From positions 38,316,001-38,380,000 of the forward strand of contig CM075979.1 of assembly GCA_038087875.1 (NCBI GenBank): a stretch of DNA of 64,000 nucleotides. Reading direction: 5' to 3'. The notes under the pieces are model-generated. The model was not told the DNA's origin. It ran no database searches and saw nothing but the letters and a program-made list of their open reading frames with translations. The position numbers and the translations under genes are program-made. The stretch comes from Malacoraja senta. Its lineage: Eukaryota. Shown here piece by piece: positions 13,501 to 28,500 of this stretch. Every line of letters begins with the position of its first letter. Within the stretch, counting starts at the first letter, position 1.

Positions 13501-16500
13501 ACCCACCCAGTTGGTTCTGCCCCTTCAATTCTTAAAACTCTAATTTCTGAATTTACCACCCCACATTATCAGCTGCGCATTTGACTGCCGGAACTAAGCT
13601 CTGGCATTCCTCGCTGAAGCCTCTTCATGCCTTTCCCTCCCTGTCGTTTTGACCAAGCCTTTGGTCATTTGCCATTGTTTAACATGATTTCTTTGATGCT
13701 ACTTCTGTGTGGCACCATGAAGCGTCTGGTTAAATAAAGAAGATATATGTGGATATTGTTGCTGTTGACTCGAGGTGTGGCCAGTAAACAGACACATGGG
13801 GTGGTGATTACCCCATTCCTCAGCCCATTCCCGTAGGTGAAAGGTTGATGAGAGTTGATTCAGAATTCTGGCTTGGTGTTATGTGGTTAGGGGTATTTGC
13901 AGCCTGTCGGCATCATTGCTTCTTTTCCAGGCTCTGGAGTGCTTTCGTGACGGTGCTGCAGCCGTGGGGAGGGAGGAGTTCCTGGACAGACTGATCCGGG
14001 TGGAGGATGAGGATACTGTCTCCAATCCCAGAGTGCTCTATTACAACAAGGTGTGTACTAAGCTGCAGTCTGCTGCTTGTGACCTTTTGCCAATAGCAAG
14101 GCTGCTTGGGTGAGGAGTCCATATGGGATGGGATCTGGCTTTAAGCATAGGATAGATTTGAGCCATTGTTTACCTGCAGGATAATTATGATTTACAGCAC
14201 TTTCTATCAACAATTGATATTTCCCCCCTTTGTTTTGGATTACACCTTTCTTTCTCCAACGATAAGTTTCGCAACACTATTTCCAAACTGGTTTTGTTGT
14301 GCAGAGTTGCAACTGCACCTTATGGTTCCTGGGTGGCTAGAGTTGCTGAAAACAATGTAAAAGTCCGCAAGGCCTTTTGGGCTCTAGCACGCAGTAACTG
14401 TTGATCCACATTTATGTGTGATACATCTGATCTGTTTAGATATCATGCAAAACAAAACTTTTCACTGCCCCTCGGTACACATAACAGTAATAAACCTAAG
14501 CCTTTACTATCCTTGTCCCTCTCCATCATCCTGTATTTACAGAATATCAATTGATAATTGTTTCTATTGGTTGAGGATTTGGGGAGCTGTTTTTGCTGAG
14601 CAGAGTCATTAGGCAAAGCAAAATACTCAATAATGCTGCTAAATATCATGGTAATGTTGAAATGGAGAAAGCATTCTATGTCAGTATTAGATAACTAACA
14701 GGGCTAATTGATCTGTGGCAATGTAAACCAGGCTTTGCTACTATTCCGTCTTAAATCTTCAAATGGATTTTTAGAAGTTTGGGAGAAAGTAAATTGACTT
14801 TTTTACCCATTTTAAAGGTGAGTTTGTGCATGTGTCTTCGTAATACTTTTGTAACATCCAGTTGGAGCATTTGGAACAAGATGAAACTGTGAAATCTGTC
14901 TTTTGTCTATTTAAACACCTGAAACACCTTAAGATGTAATTTTGCTTTAGGTAGAAGTACATTAAAAACAGTTAAAAAAGGATCAAGGAAATTCAAATTT
15001 CTACCAGCACAACTCGTATCTTGCCAGTCTTTTTGGTTATTTACAAAAAAACATTGCAATAGCAGATGTAACTATCTGCAAAACTAGTTAAAGCCCAGTT
15101 CTTTTTAAATGCAGATATTAGAGTGTTTAATAGAAATACACAAAAGTGCCTCGAATATCTGCCTTTAAACTGTGGCAATGCATGGTGTCCTATTGTTCCC
15201 ATACTCACCTGACCACTGTGCTTGGTCTTTGCACCCTCTGTGCAATGGTTACTTTTCACAAAGTGCTGGCACGTGTTCCTGAATAATAACTTCAGCCATT
15301 TCAGATTGTCTCTTTGCAAACTACATCCTTCTGCTTTCATAAGTGCTGCACGCTGTGAACAAAATCGGCCTCATTTCAACGGGCCATGTGTGGCAACATA
15401 TGTGCCTTAACTGACCATGTGCAGCAACATATATGTGGTGGGACAGTTGACATTTCGTTCAGGGCCCTTCAGTCCAGGTGGAGGGACCGACGCAAAATGT
15501 CAATTTGGTCCTCCCACTTTCACCCCACCAGCCTTTACATCCAACGCATCATCCTCTGACATTTCTGTAACCTCCAACAGGTTCCCACATACCAACTGTT
15601 ACATTTTCCCTCCCCCATTCCTTTCCGCATTCCTAGAGTGTTCTCTCCGCAACCCCTTGGTTCATTCATCTCTTCCCACCAAAAACAACCCCTCCCCGAG
15701 TACTTTCCAATGCAACCGCAGAAGATGCAGCACCTGGCGCTATACCATTCCATCCAGGGGCCCCCGACAGTCCATCCAGGTGAAACAGAGGTTCACGTGC
15801 ACCTCCTCTAACCACATCGGTGTTCCCGATGTGGCCTCCTGTACGTCGGCGAGTCCTAGCGTAGACTTGGCAGCCATTTCACCGAACACTTGCGCTTGGT
15901 CTGCCAAGGCTTGCTGAATCTACTGGTTGTTAACATTTAACTCCTCTTCCTATTTCCATATTAACCTTTCTGCCCTGGGCCGCGCCGCCTCCATTGCCAG
16001 AGTGAGGCATCACGCAGGTTAGAGGAACACCTCATATTCCACTGGGTAACTTACAACCCAATGGTACTGAACACTGAATTATCCAATTTTTGGTAACTAT
16101 CCAACCCTCTGCCTTCTTCCCCTTTCTCTCCTCTTTCCCCCACTCCCCCTGTGCCTCCTTTTGTCTCGCACCTTCCCTCTTTTCATCTCTGAGCTTTGTC
16201 CACTATATGCCAATCAAAAACCCTCCTCACCTCGATCGGCCTATTACCTGCCATACTTTGTCTTGCCCCTCCTCTCTTCCAGCTTTCTTTCTCTCTCCTC
16301 TATCCCTCAATCAATCTGAAGAAAGGTACCGGCTAGAAAAGTCTCCATCCATTCCCTCAAGAGTTCCTGCCTGACCTGTGTTACTCCAGCACTTTGTCTT
16401 TTTTTATTTATAAACCTGCATCTGCATTTTCTGTATTATATGAGCCCAACTGTTTGATGTTTGTTCCTAGGTCCTGCGATTGCTGGAGGACATGGGGTTA

Positions 16501-19500
16501 CCAGAGCTTGTTCTGCAGCTGACGGCAATTGCAGTAACTGAGGCAAGGGATGACTGGAAGATTCTGGTGTGTTGATTTTTTACTTCCTATTTGATTAAGT
16601 GTTGACCTACTACTTCAACCTCTTCTCACGAGTGAAATGAAACCAACACCTTTTCTGTAGATTCTCAACTGATGTTCAACTAACGTAAGAGGCCCAGCAA
16701 GGATTTATTCATTGTACAATCTCTGAATGGGGTTTTACATGACTGAGAGTAGCCTGTAGATTTGGTACGTGGTTTGTAACAGGTGCTCAATGCTTTTCCC
16801 AGAAATATCCTTTTTTTGTTAAAAAGAAGCGCAGGTTGCAGTCTCGGAGTTGAACTGTAAAAGACCTTTGCGTTTTTACCCGACTCTCTCTTATCTGCAA
16901 TTGCACGGAGGAACCGTTAAATCTCCAATTTCCCCCCACTGGGTGCAGTGTTGACAGTCTGCAACGTTTCTCTCTTCACAGATGTTGCTTGGCCCAAGTA
17001 TTTCTAGCTTTGTCTAAAATTAAGATTTGCGTGATTTAAATTGCCACACTAATAAGGGACTCGCCAATTTCCAGCATTTCGATTCAACACATGCACAGTG
17101 AATAATCTGGGTGGAATTGCCCTCTTAGCCAATCTTAACAACAAACCATGAACCTGGCATTGTTTGGCTCCTGTTTTCAGCTGTGTTACTGTGTGGTGGC
17201 TGAGAATAAATTGAGGTATCGCTGGTTTAGTGTTTTACTGTAGTAGATCAATAAAGCTTATAATGGTCTACATTGTTTATATGTGTGTGGATCAATCCTG
17301 TGTTGGTGTATAAAAAACAAACAGCTGTCAATATTTGTTTTAAACAATGCTTAAGCCAAGTGTTGATAACAAACACTTGGGCGTCATTTACGCGACATCA
17401 TTTATGCATCATTTTGCACATCATGGCGTAGGTAGCGCGCGTAGCCCCAGGATTTGGGGATTCACAAAATCCTCGCGCGCCACCTGCGTGACGCGCAAAT
17501 GACGCCCAAGTGGGACAGGCCCTTTAAAGCTTTCAACCCATGATGCTGGAATATGATTGGGAAACATTGGAGATTGTGTAGTTCCTCCGTGCAAACAGGC
17601 AGGAGTGGGAGCTCTGGGAAAGGCAAAGAGGAAAATCTTTCCCAGCGTTTAAAGGGAACAAGGGTAATGATAAATGGGTGATAATTAGGCAAAGAGTGGA
17701 ACAAATGATACGCAAAGAGAGTCTTTAATTGGCAGCAGCAGTTGGATAACCAGGGCCAGTGTTTAAAATGGAAGTTTGGAAAGATTAACATGGAACCTGG
17801 AAGTTATATGTTGCCAGATGGAAGTTACTGCAGGAAATAAGTCGCAGCAGTTTGAGGGACTGATCCATTTTCTTAGTCTGGTAAAATATGAAGTATTGGG
17901 GGTTTTTATGCATCCATTTTGTTTTGGAATTCTACTGGAGGCTGCAATTGGAAATTAAAATGGCAAGTGACTGAAAGCCTAATGTTTGGAACCTAAGTGT
18001 GTAGGAAAGAACTGCAGATGCTGTTTTAAATCGAAGGTAGACACAAAATGCTGGAGTTACTCAGCGGGACAGGCACATCTCCGGAGAGAAGGAATGGGTG
18101 ACGTTTTGGGTCGAGACCCTTCTTCTGAAGAAGACAGAGATGCTGCCTGTCCCGCTGAGTTACTCCAACATTTTGTGTCTAGCATGGATATTCGCAAAGA
18201 TGCCCTGAATGTGTTTGATTTCTCCCAGATACAGAATACTAACAGAATTGGTACAATTGAAATTCTTGCTTTGTGTGAAAAATGCTTGGTTCTCTGCACA
18301 GTGGGAGGGAAACCCAAAGGGGCAGATCTTGCATCACCTGCACTCTCACGGTGAAATGTCTTGAGGTGAAGATCTTGTGTTATGGTGATTGAAGAAAGGA
18401 CTTGCAGTGAACAACCCCTCTGGAACATTGAGAGAGAGAAAAAGAGGTGTGTTTGGTGGTGTTATCATGCTGGAAGTTGTACACATGATGAAGAATGTAG
18501 ATGGCGGATGGTGCTGGGTTGGGAGTGGGCACGAAGAGTCCTTGGTTCTGGGAGCCAGGGAAAGGGGTGAGGTGCAGCACATACACAAATGCCATCAAGG
18601 CATGTTTTTTGTTGTTGATATGTCTAAAACAGCAAAGTAAGCATTAATGCGGAGCGTGGTGCTGTTTGAATACTTGCAATGAAGAAGCTGGGCAAGTGAA
18701 GCCGGGGGGGGGGGGGGGGGTGATGGTGGAATGACACCAGTTGGGTCTGCAGTGAGTGAGGAAGCAGAAGGTGTGAAGCCTCTCCTTGATGGGGTAATTG
18801 AAAGTGTAGAGGCTTAGGGTTATCATGATGGATGTAATAATGATCATCTTCCCTGGAAGGCAGTGCCCACTGCATTTAATCACTCGTGTTTTCCCTCCAG
18901 GCTATGTTGTGGACAAAGATTTTCAAGCATCACTTGGACCTAGGTCACAATCATCAGGCTTATGAATCACTAACCCAGAACCCGGACACCAGCAGGTGAG
19001 AGAGCAGGAAAACGTTGTTGTCAGTGTGTCTCCCACCCTTCCTCCACCTCCCCCTCCCCCTCTCTGGAATGGCGAGCTGACACGCCATGGTGTGATGTTG
19101 AGTTCAGTGTTGTGAGCATTGTCAGAGGGGTTATTAAGAGGCTGGCTCATGAGCTCACCCTGGATCAGTTCCAACACAGCTGTGTAGTACTGTATGGTGC
19201 CCTGTGTTGGCATTCACGGCCATAACCTACAGCAGGAGTGACAGATGTGGCAGCTGCAGAATCTTCTCCTTGGGGAGGAATGCTCTCTCATTCCTCTGCT
19301 CTTCAGATGGGGTGAGGTGGTGTGGCTTGCAGCTCTGCTGACCTCACATCTTTTGTTACAGTGGGACTGTTTTTCTGTCTTTCCACCGGCCCATCCCCGC
19401 GCTACTGAGAGTTTGTCCACTGCATGGTACATCCCTGGGTTTGCCACGGTCACACTGTCATCGTTGAGTGAGGCAGATTTAATTGCGGCCTGTGCACTTG

Positions 19501-22500
19501 AGTCAACAGCCAGTATTGTCCATTGAAGGCCAGAACTACAGCACATGTTTTTTAAAAAGGACCCAGACCATTGCCGCTTCGTATCTGAATAAGCAGCTGA
19601 TAGTGTTCACCTTTCTTTTGAAAGTAACTCCATTTGTATTCTCTTTAGATATAACTTCACCTCCGGCAGCTATAAAGGTGCATGTTTTCATTTGAACGAA
19701 TGCTACAATGCTAATCTGGCAGCAACAGTGTGCTGGTGTGCTACTTGATCTGGCTGGACTGGATCCAATTTATTTATCATGGCCTAGTCCATTTCTAAAT
19801 TGTAATGAATTGTTTGAATTTGCATGTGTCCGGAGTTGAGAAGCAAGCTAACATAATTAAATTAATTAATGGGCAGCACGGTGGCACAGCGGTAGAGCTA
19901 CTGCCTTGCAGCACCAGAGACCCAGGTTCGATCCTGACTGCGGGTGCTTGTCTGTATGGAGTTTGTACGTTCTTCCTGTGACTTGCGTGTGTTTTCTCCG
20001 AGATCCTCTTTTTCCTTCCGCACTTCAAAGAAGTACAGGTTTACAGGTTAATTGGCTTGGTATAAATGTAAAATTGTTTCCAGTGTGTGTAGGTAGACTC
20101 AGTGGGCCGAAGGGCTGTTTCCGCACTGTATCTCTAAACAAAATTACCAATACCAGTTCAGGCAGATTCTTGACTCCCTTATATGCTGGCAAAGCCAACT
20201 TTATATTATCACTAAATGTTTATATGTTCTTGTCTTAGTCTGTTTATTCCTGTCACTTGCTATACTTGTCAGTTTTATTTTAAAAGTGCAGTCTCCCTGA
20301 GGAACAACTTTTAAACTGCGCGTGGAGCAAAGGTTCCTGAAGATTTTTGCATTGTGTTTCAGGAATTTGTTTTCCTCTCCCACTTTCAACTATCAATGGT
20401 GAATAAAAGCATTTTTATAAACTTGCCTCAGCCCTAGCTGAAAACCAGGCCTTGGTGAGAAATGCCCTGGTTACTTCTAGCTGCTGACTGCAGACTGATC
20501 ATTTATGATGCTGTATTAGAAAAGGCAGCCCCATCGTCCTAGATAGAGAAATTGCATGAGAAAACTAGGCAATCGGTTTAAATGCCTTGCAAGTTCATGC
20601 TTTAATGAAATCAAAACTTGGTGATGGTATTATGAGCACATTGCTGGCTGGAAAGTAAAGTATGATAAATGTACAGAGGATGCGATCATGGTACAGGGAA
20701 GTCTATGAAGAAGAATCAAACAAGTATTTTTGCATTGTGATTTAGTGTGTGGTATCTCTGTCTTCCTGCAGACAACTTGACTGCCTGCGTCAGTTGGTGG
20801 TGGTTCTGTGTGAGCGTTACCAACTTCAAGATCTGGTGGAGTTCCCTTACATCAACCTTCACGATCAGGTATGCAAGGCCCACGGTGGGGGCAGGTGGAG
20901 ACTGGGGAAGGTGGCCTGGCGTATCTGGCCTGGCCGATTATTCAATACTAGCCCCTTCATTCAATTGTAGCTCTTTACACCATTGTAAAAATCCATCCAA
21001 CAGCAGTGATCTTAGTGTTGACACATGTTAATATTGTGCACACAGAATACTCAATGATTAAAAATATTGGATTGTAGCAATGCCTCATCCAATGTCTATT
21101 GGGCTCGGTGGAGCAGCCATACTTGCAGCTAGCCTGAGAATACAACTGATAGAGCTGCTGGATGATTGAAAGTTCCCAAAGTTGTCGCTGATCTCAGTAT
21201 TACGTTCCTGACTGAAGGCTCTCCATGCTCCTGTGTTCCAGGTTGTTGGAATCATCGAGTCTCGTGCTCGGGCTGTGGACCTCATGACTCACAACTACTA
21301 CGAGTTGTTGTACGCATTCCATATCCAGCGCCACAACTTCAGGAAAGGTAAAGTCTGGGCCTGCTCTCTGATGTGACCTTGCACTACTTATGCACCAGAT
21401 GTACTGGCTGTGCTGTCAGTCTGGGGACCCAGTACCAGTTTAATAGCAATGCATAACCAAGACAGTTGTTGTATCCTAATATCCATATGGTTATACATGT
21501 CCCACCAGGGAACCCAGTCCTGTACAATGAGGTTCTTGACACTTTGGTATAACACCACATACACTGTATTATACTCCCTGGCATTCCCTGTAAGCTCTTA
21601 ACTCTATTACACAAAAGTCTCCCAAGTGTGCAAACCTGCCCCAGACTGCCTGTTCTCCTTCTATGCAAGCTGGCTCCCTGTGGTCTGCATGTGAGTCTGT
21701 TGCCACCACATGACCTTGAGCACCAGCATTAAACTGATTCATTCCCTTTGCTCGCTCTGGCTGCACAAGAGCTCAATAGCCTCACTCCTGAGAGTGTGCT
21801 TTTGGGCTTGGGTTCTTTGACACTATCACCCGTGGACAAGGGGTCAGCTTGTATTTAGTGCACAATGTTGTTGTTCGTCACATGTTCTCGAGTAAGACCA
21901 TGGCATCTAGTCTTGGGTGTTAGGACATTTACAGAGGCAGCTGATTAGACCAATCTAGGCTCGAGAGTTCCTCCCATACAGCTAACGTGTGTATGGATGC
22001 TTTTCATGATTTTGATTCTTGATTGTCGAAATGCTCTTTTCCGCTTTGCTTCTTCCATTTTAGTTTCCTCATATGAGCGACAACACTTTGATGTAGGAAT
22101 GCCAAAAAGGGACGATTCGGTGCTGCTTGTTCCCTATTATGTTCCCAATGTTGAAACTCTTCAGGGTTTTTTAAAGAGAATCTTTGAATCACTTTATGAT
22201 AATCAATGCTATTTCATCTGCTCATCAACAGCTGGGTATTTTCAGGGTGTTTCACAATCTAACATGAATTTTCTCTAGTTAAAAGCTGAAAATGAACCAT
22301 TCTGCTTGAACCTTGTCAGAAACCTTCCCTGGCCGTCACCTCTGTCCCTCTTGCTGTCCACTGTGTCTGGATGAAGTCTTTGCATCCATTTTGACAATGA
22401 GCTGATCATCAAGACCACATTTCCACCCCTCTCTACCGCCCCACTCCCCCCCCCCCCCCCCCCCCAACATGTGTAATGCTTATTTCAAAACTCTGCGATA

Positions 22501-25500
22501 GTGTCTGTCTCCGAACCTGCGCCCTTCACCTATTTATTCAGGTGTAATCATGGCTGGCAAGACCAGCATTTACCACCAACTGGCTTTGAGAAGGTGTAGT
22601 GAACGGCTGTCTTGAAACTGCAGTCTTGAACAGGGTGATGGAGGCAGGTTCTCTGGATGCTTTCAAGAGAGAGCTAGATAGGGCTCTTAAAAATAGCGGT
22701 GTCATGGGATATGGGGAGAAGGCAGGAACGGGGTATTGACTGGGGATGATCAGCCATGATCACATTGAATGGCGGTGCTGGCTCGAAGGGCCAAATGGCC
22801 TACTCCTGCACCTGTTGTCTATTGTCTATAACAGGGTTTCTTCCTTGAAAGTATTCCCTCGGTAATTCTGGGAGTGCGCTTATCACATTTCTGAACCAAT
22901 AAAACAAATACCATAGTTCCTAATTGGGAACCAGAGGAAATTTCTCAGGCACCTCGATGATGGCCTTGATCAATTTCTGCATTGACATTAAAGGAATCAT
23001 TTTTGCCTTGCTTCTGGAACTGCTTTATTTTTTCAAGCTTGGACCAGGGCAGTGATGGGAACTGGAGTGAGTGGTCCTGTGCTTGGTTTGCCTTTCTTTG
23101 TTTAGCCTGAGTCAATGCAAGTTAGACATTCAATTTTCTAGAGTCTAGAGATACAGCATAGAAACAGGCCCTTCGACTCACCAGGTCCACGCCAACCATC
23201 GATCACCCATTCATGCTAGTTCTAGATTATCCCACTTTTGCATCCACTCCCTGTGCATTAGGGGCAATTTGCATGGGCTAATTAAACTACAAACCCGCAT
23301 GTTTTTGGGATGTGGGAGGAAACCGGAGCACTCCGAGGAAACTCGCACGTTCACAGGGAGAATGTGCAAACTCCACACTGGGACCCGAGGTCAGGATCGA
23401 ACCCACGTCTCTGGCGCTGTGAGCCAGCAGCTCTACCAAATGCACCATTGTGCTGTAGTCAGTTTAGTTTTTTCAATAGTTACAAGTGCTGGGTTATTTC
23501 AGAGTCTGTTTAAAGTAACCGAATTGCCCTCCTCGGAAAGAAAGCTGCCTCTTCTTGCTGCATCTGAATAAGTCATGGACTACATTCACTGGTGATTAGT
23601 GCCACGTCTGTGCACAATCCTGGTTTGAATGACAGACTTCTATTTGATTCTTGTCTTTTGCATGCTACTTAATGTTGTACTAGATGGGGAGGGTGTTTTG
23701 CCCTAAGAGGTAGTTTTGATGTGTTAGGTGGGTGAAGGGATTGGGTTTTGACAGTGTTCTTGACATGGGTGGGCTAATAGATGGAGCTGCCTCCAGTTTC
23801 ACTGCTTAGATAGTTAATAACTTTTTTCTTTCTGTTGTTCCCCAGCTGGGACAGTGATGTTCGAATATGGAATGCGTCTTGGCCGAGAGGTCCGCTCTCT
23901 CCAAGGGCTCCAGAAGCAAGTGCACTGTTATTTGGTGGGAATAAACTGCTTGCGGCAAATCCGACCAGAGTATGCCTGGATTGTGCGACCAGCGTCCGGA
24001 GCCATGGTATGAGAATGTTCTTCAACATGAATCTCAGAGTTGTGGCTCTATCCAATACACCTCAATCAGCCAGTGAGAATGTGGGTCCACACACCAGTCA
24101 GCATCCAGAAGTGCTGAGAGCTGGAGTACTGGTGCCAGGTGAATTGAGCAGATGTGCCTGCTCCCTAGAGTTAAGACAAAATAGTGAGTGGCCCATTGAA
24201 TGCTGAATTCGTACTGTTGATGATCATGTGTTTGCTGAATGGGGAGGGCTCACATTCAAAATGGACTGAAGAAAGCACTCTGAATGCTTTATGCAGCAAC
24301 TTCCAATCCTCGAGGGTTGGTAACTTGAAATAAAGCATCGAATGCACTGTCAGAGGTCACACTGTGTTGGTGAATTTATAAAGTGACGGAAAGTTAATCA
24401 AGACTGATACTGTGTTCAAAGAGCTTCAAACGGCAATTAAAGTATGGTAAAATGTGTTGAAGTAATAGCAGCAATGTAGAAATGAAACTGGCCAAAGGGA
24501 GACAGCATTGTAGTTTTTTCAGGCTGAAGGGAAGAATATGAAGATATTACCCATGAGTTAGTGACCTGGGCATAATTTTGGCTTGTTGAAGGCAGTAAAC
24601 TAGGAAGAGCATAGAACAGTAAGAGGAATAGAGTGTGGAAAGGCATAGATTGGTGAAATGTTGTAAAATAATGCTTTTTGGGAGGGAGGAAGAATAAGGT
24701 GATGCATTGTAAACCAGATGTGACCATTTGAAAGGGTTGAAGATACTGAATCTTTTAATGGCAACAGCGTTTAGACTGCTAAAAATCATATCAGGTTTGG
24801 GCTTTTTTGACATTGTGTTATAAAGTGAGGCAGTTCAAAATGAGCCTCTGATAAAAAATGCTGAATGGCCCTCATCAGCGAGATTATTGGGCTAGTGCAA
24901 TAACTATGACATCTTGTGGCCCCATGGATCCAATCGTTTTCCAGGCCCCTCTCCCCAGCTGTCCTACAAAGCCAAGTTGTCTACAATCTACAATAGGCTG
25001 CACGCAGAAAGACCTGCAACTGCATTCTGAAGACCTTTTGGCAACTCATTGAACCATTTTTATATCAGGCACCACAGCCAGTCCCAGACTCCATACTGTG
25101 TTCAAAGGTGGAAAGGGGGGGGGGGGAGGGGGGAGAGAGATATCTTGATGGATCACCCTCCTAGTCATTAAGTGTGGGTCAGGAAGGAGTTGTACATGCA
25201 CGTTGTGGTAGAAATTTGTTAATTGGAGTGGTAATCTGATTTTGTGCTCGAGAGTTAAAGGGCATTGTGTTCAACGTGGTGCAGTCTTTGGGGGCGGGGT
25301 GGCGGTGAGTACGTTGGTGCTGCGACCGGCTGTTTAAACCTTTGGTTCTGCCAACAGTACGAGCGTCCGGGGGCCTCACCAAAGAGGAGCCATGATGGAG
25401 AATACACTGCCATTCAAGGTGAGACGCGTTACTTTGTTCAGGACTGTCAATGAAAATCATGCTGGAACTCATTTTGAGTTTTCTAAATATGAATGTTTCA

Positions 25501-28500
25501 ACTTTTAAACATTGATGTGGTTGAAAGTTTATATGTGTATTGTGCAATGGATGTATTTGGCCAATCTGTAAAGTTTGTGTAATGCCTCTCTATTGATTGC
25601 TGTCTGTTACTACACTGCTCTGAACTGCAAAAGACTTATTATTGCACTATATTAGTTATTTATTGAACGTTTTCTTTTTTTTCTCTTCCCCCGTTATGTA
25701 CTATGTTTACATATTCACATATTCTGTTGTGCTGCAGCAAGTAAGAATTTCATAGTCCCATCTGGGACATTGACAATAAAACACTCTTGACTTTCAAGCT
25801 ATAGATGGTCTATTCAGTTGCTCTCCATGGAACTAATGTCAAGGGACATCCCTTTTTTTTTAAAATATAACCTTTTTCATCATGGTTCTTCCTTGTTTGA
25901 CAATGCCAAGCAGAGTTCTGTTTTGAGTTGTTGCTAGCTCCCTCCCTACTTGCCTGCCTGTGAGAACAACACCAGCGTGCTGTCCTGGTGCGTTCCTAGT
26001 TGGCACAGCTTCACGTGCTATCCTGGAATTAACCACAATTGTGCAACACAATTGGTGACTGCATTGCTTGTGTCACTCATGGAAATCTCGCTGTATTTCT
26101 GTCTCCATATTTACAGTTCTCATAAGGGTCAAAAGATGAATTCAGACACTGATTTAGCTGAAGACTAGTCGGGTACCCTTTCACATTACAATTGGGTTTG
26201 ACCATTTAGGTGAGTGGGGCAGTGCAAATTTCAATATACGCAAGTGAGCAGGGTCAGGGAAAGCAAGTGGCACAGCCTGAGCTGTGAGGAGCCAGATTCC
26301 AACACCCATGATCTCTAATTGGGGCACGTTGCTGTAACGTGCAGGGTTAGACTGCAGCCAAGAGCAGCTCAAGGAGCTGTTGCATGTCACACAAACAGGT
26401 GAGGAGATTGGGGCGGTATCCTGGATCGGGGAGGTGTGGTGAAACTGGATCATATGTACCAGCGGCTGAAAGTATGAAGTACACAGATGTGGGGTGTTAC
26501 TGAGTATGTGGTGATCAGCATTGTGTATGGTGAGGGGGATAGGGATGTCTGCATGTATATACTGAAGATGAGATGATGTGGTGGAGTTTAACAGACTGGT
26601 TTGACCTGTGATTCCAGTCTGCCGTCAGATTGATATCGTGGAATTGAAAGATTTGGAGAAAGAGTATATGTTGGCCCGAACTCGACTAGAACTCGTAAAG
26701 CATGACCCGTCATCTGCAGCAGTAGCCGGTAAGATCAGAGACATTGCTTGAAAAAATTAATGTCCTTCGTGCTGGAGCTTGTTAGTATTATACTTTGTCT
26801 TTCAGGAAGCACACGATTTTTAACCAACTCTCCAGATGCAGCAGTAAAGCAATTTGACATTTTAATTCTTTGCTCAGTTTTTTTCACCTTCGTAGCTTTT
26901 TATTATTTTAATCGTCATGTTGTGCAGAGTTGAAACTTTAATAGTCAAATTGTTAGTCGATCACAAAGAGATGGCTGGCTTTTTTTTAAAGATGTGACAG
27001 TGTCTAATCCTTCCTTTATTCCTCAAACAAATAGGAACATGAGTTATGTTCAATAGTCTGTTCTGTCATTCTGTGTGAGTGATCTAGCATGCAACCATTT
27101 CCTTGACAATCATTTTGTCTTGATTATGTTAATAGCTAGAATGCCTCCTGATCTCAGTTTTAAATGCAGTCAATGACTCAGCCTGCACAGCTCTCAAGAC
27201 ACAGAATTCCAAACATTCACCAATCTGTAGAAGGAAATGGACAGAAGATGTTTTGGTTCAGGACTCTTTTGGTCAGATGGAGTGGAGGGGAGATGGCTGG
27301 TAGAGAGGGAGGTATGGGGTAGGCTAAAAACTAGCAAATGATGGTTAGGAGGGTTGATTAGCAGATGAGTCAACCCCTTCTAGGCCATTTCGGACTGAGT
27401 TGAGGAAAAACTTTTTCAGCCAGAGTTGTGAATCGCTCGAATTCTCTGCCACAGAAGGCAGTGGAGGCCAATTCACTGGATGTATTCAAGAGAGAGTTAG
27501 ATATAGCTCTTAGAGCTAACGGAATCAAGGGACATGGGGGAAAAGCAGGAACAGGGTACTGATTCTGGATGATCAGCCATGATTATATTGAATGGCGGTG
27601 TTGGCTCGAAGGGCTGAATGGCCCACTCCTGCACCTATTTTCTGTGTTTCTCACTTTCTCTGGTAATTCTTTCTCCTACCTGACTCATCTGTCCATCGAC
27701 CCCATTTCATCTTAATCCACCAATCACTTGCTAGTTCTTGCCCTACCTCTTCCGCTCACGTTTCTCTTCCAGCTAGCTCTCCTCTACTCCAGCAGTCTGA
27801 AGCAAATATCCTTTTATGGTAAGGAGAACAAAATTGTACATAGTAATCGTATTTTTCAACCAAGGTCCCATTGATTGATTGATTGATTGATTAGATTTTA
27901 TTGTCATTTGAACCACAAAGAGGCTCAAACGAAATTCCATTTCCACAGCCATACAAACAAAACAATTCCTACACGACACACAAATAATTCAATCTACAGA
28001 AAAACATCCATCACAGTGAATCTCCTCCTCACTGTGATGGAAGGCAAAGTCTTTTCTCTCCCCTGCACTCCCCATTCTCCTCCCAATGTTGAAGCCCCAG
28101 GCGGGCAATGATAAGTCCCACGGCCGTTGAGGCCGCGCCGGGCGGTGTACGGCCTCGCTCCGGGCCCAAAAGTCACCAAGTTGGAACCCCCGGCGGGCGC
28201 TGGAATGTCCCGCGGCCATTAAGCCGCGCCGCGCGATTTACGGCCCCGCTCCGGGTCGTTCCAACCCCGCAGGAGAAGTTACGTTGCGGGAGCTCCGGAA
28301 AGCGGTCTCTCACCCGGACCTGCGAGCTCCCGATGTCACAGTCCACGGGTCTGCAGCTGCAGCTTGAGCTCCGGAGTCGGGCCGCAGCAGCGAGCCACCA
28401 CCGCTCCTCACGCTCCGAGGCCAGCCAGCCCCACGATGGTAAGTCCGCAGCTCCACAGGCTCCACGACTGGAGCCCCCAGGTCGTCCCGGTCGGAGGCCG

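Noticed and set aside
19870-19945. tRNA gene
   Set aside because: The A/B boxes continue into a V-domain and LINE-like tail, so it is a SINE head rather than a cloverleaf tRNA.
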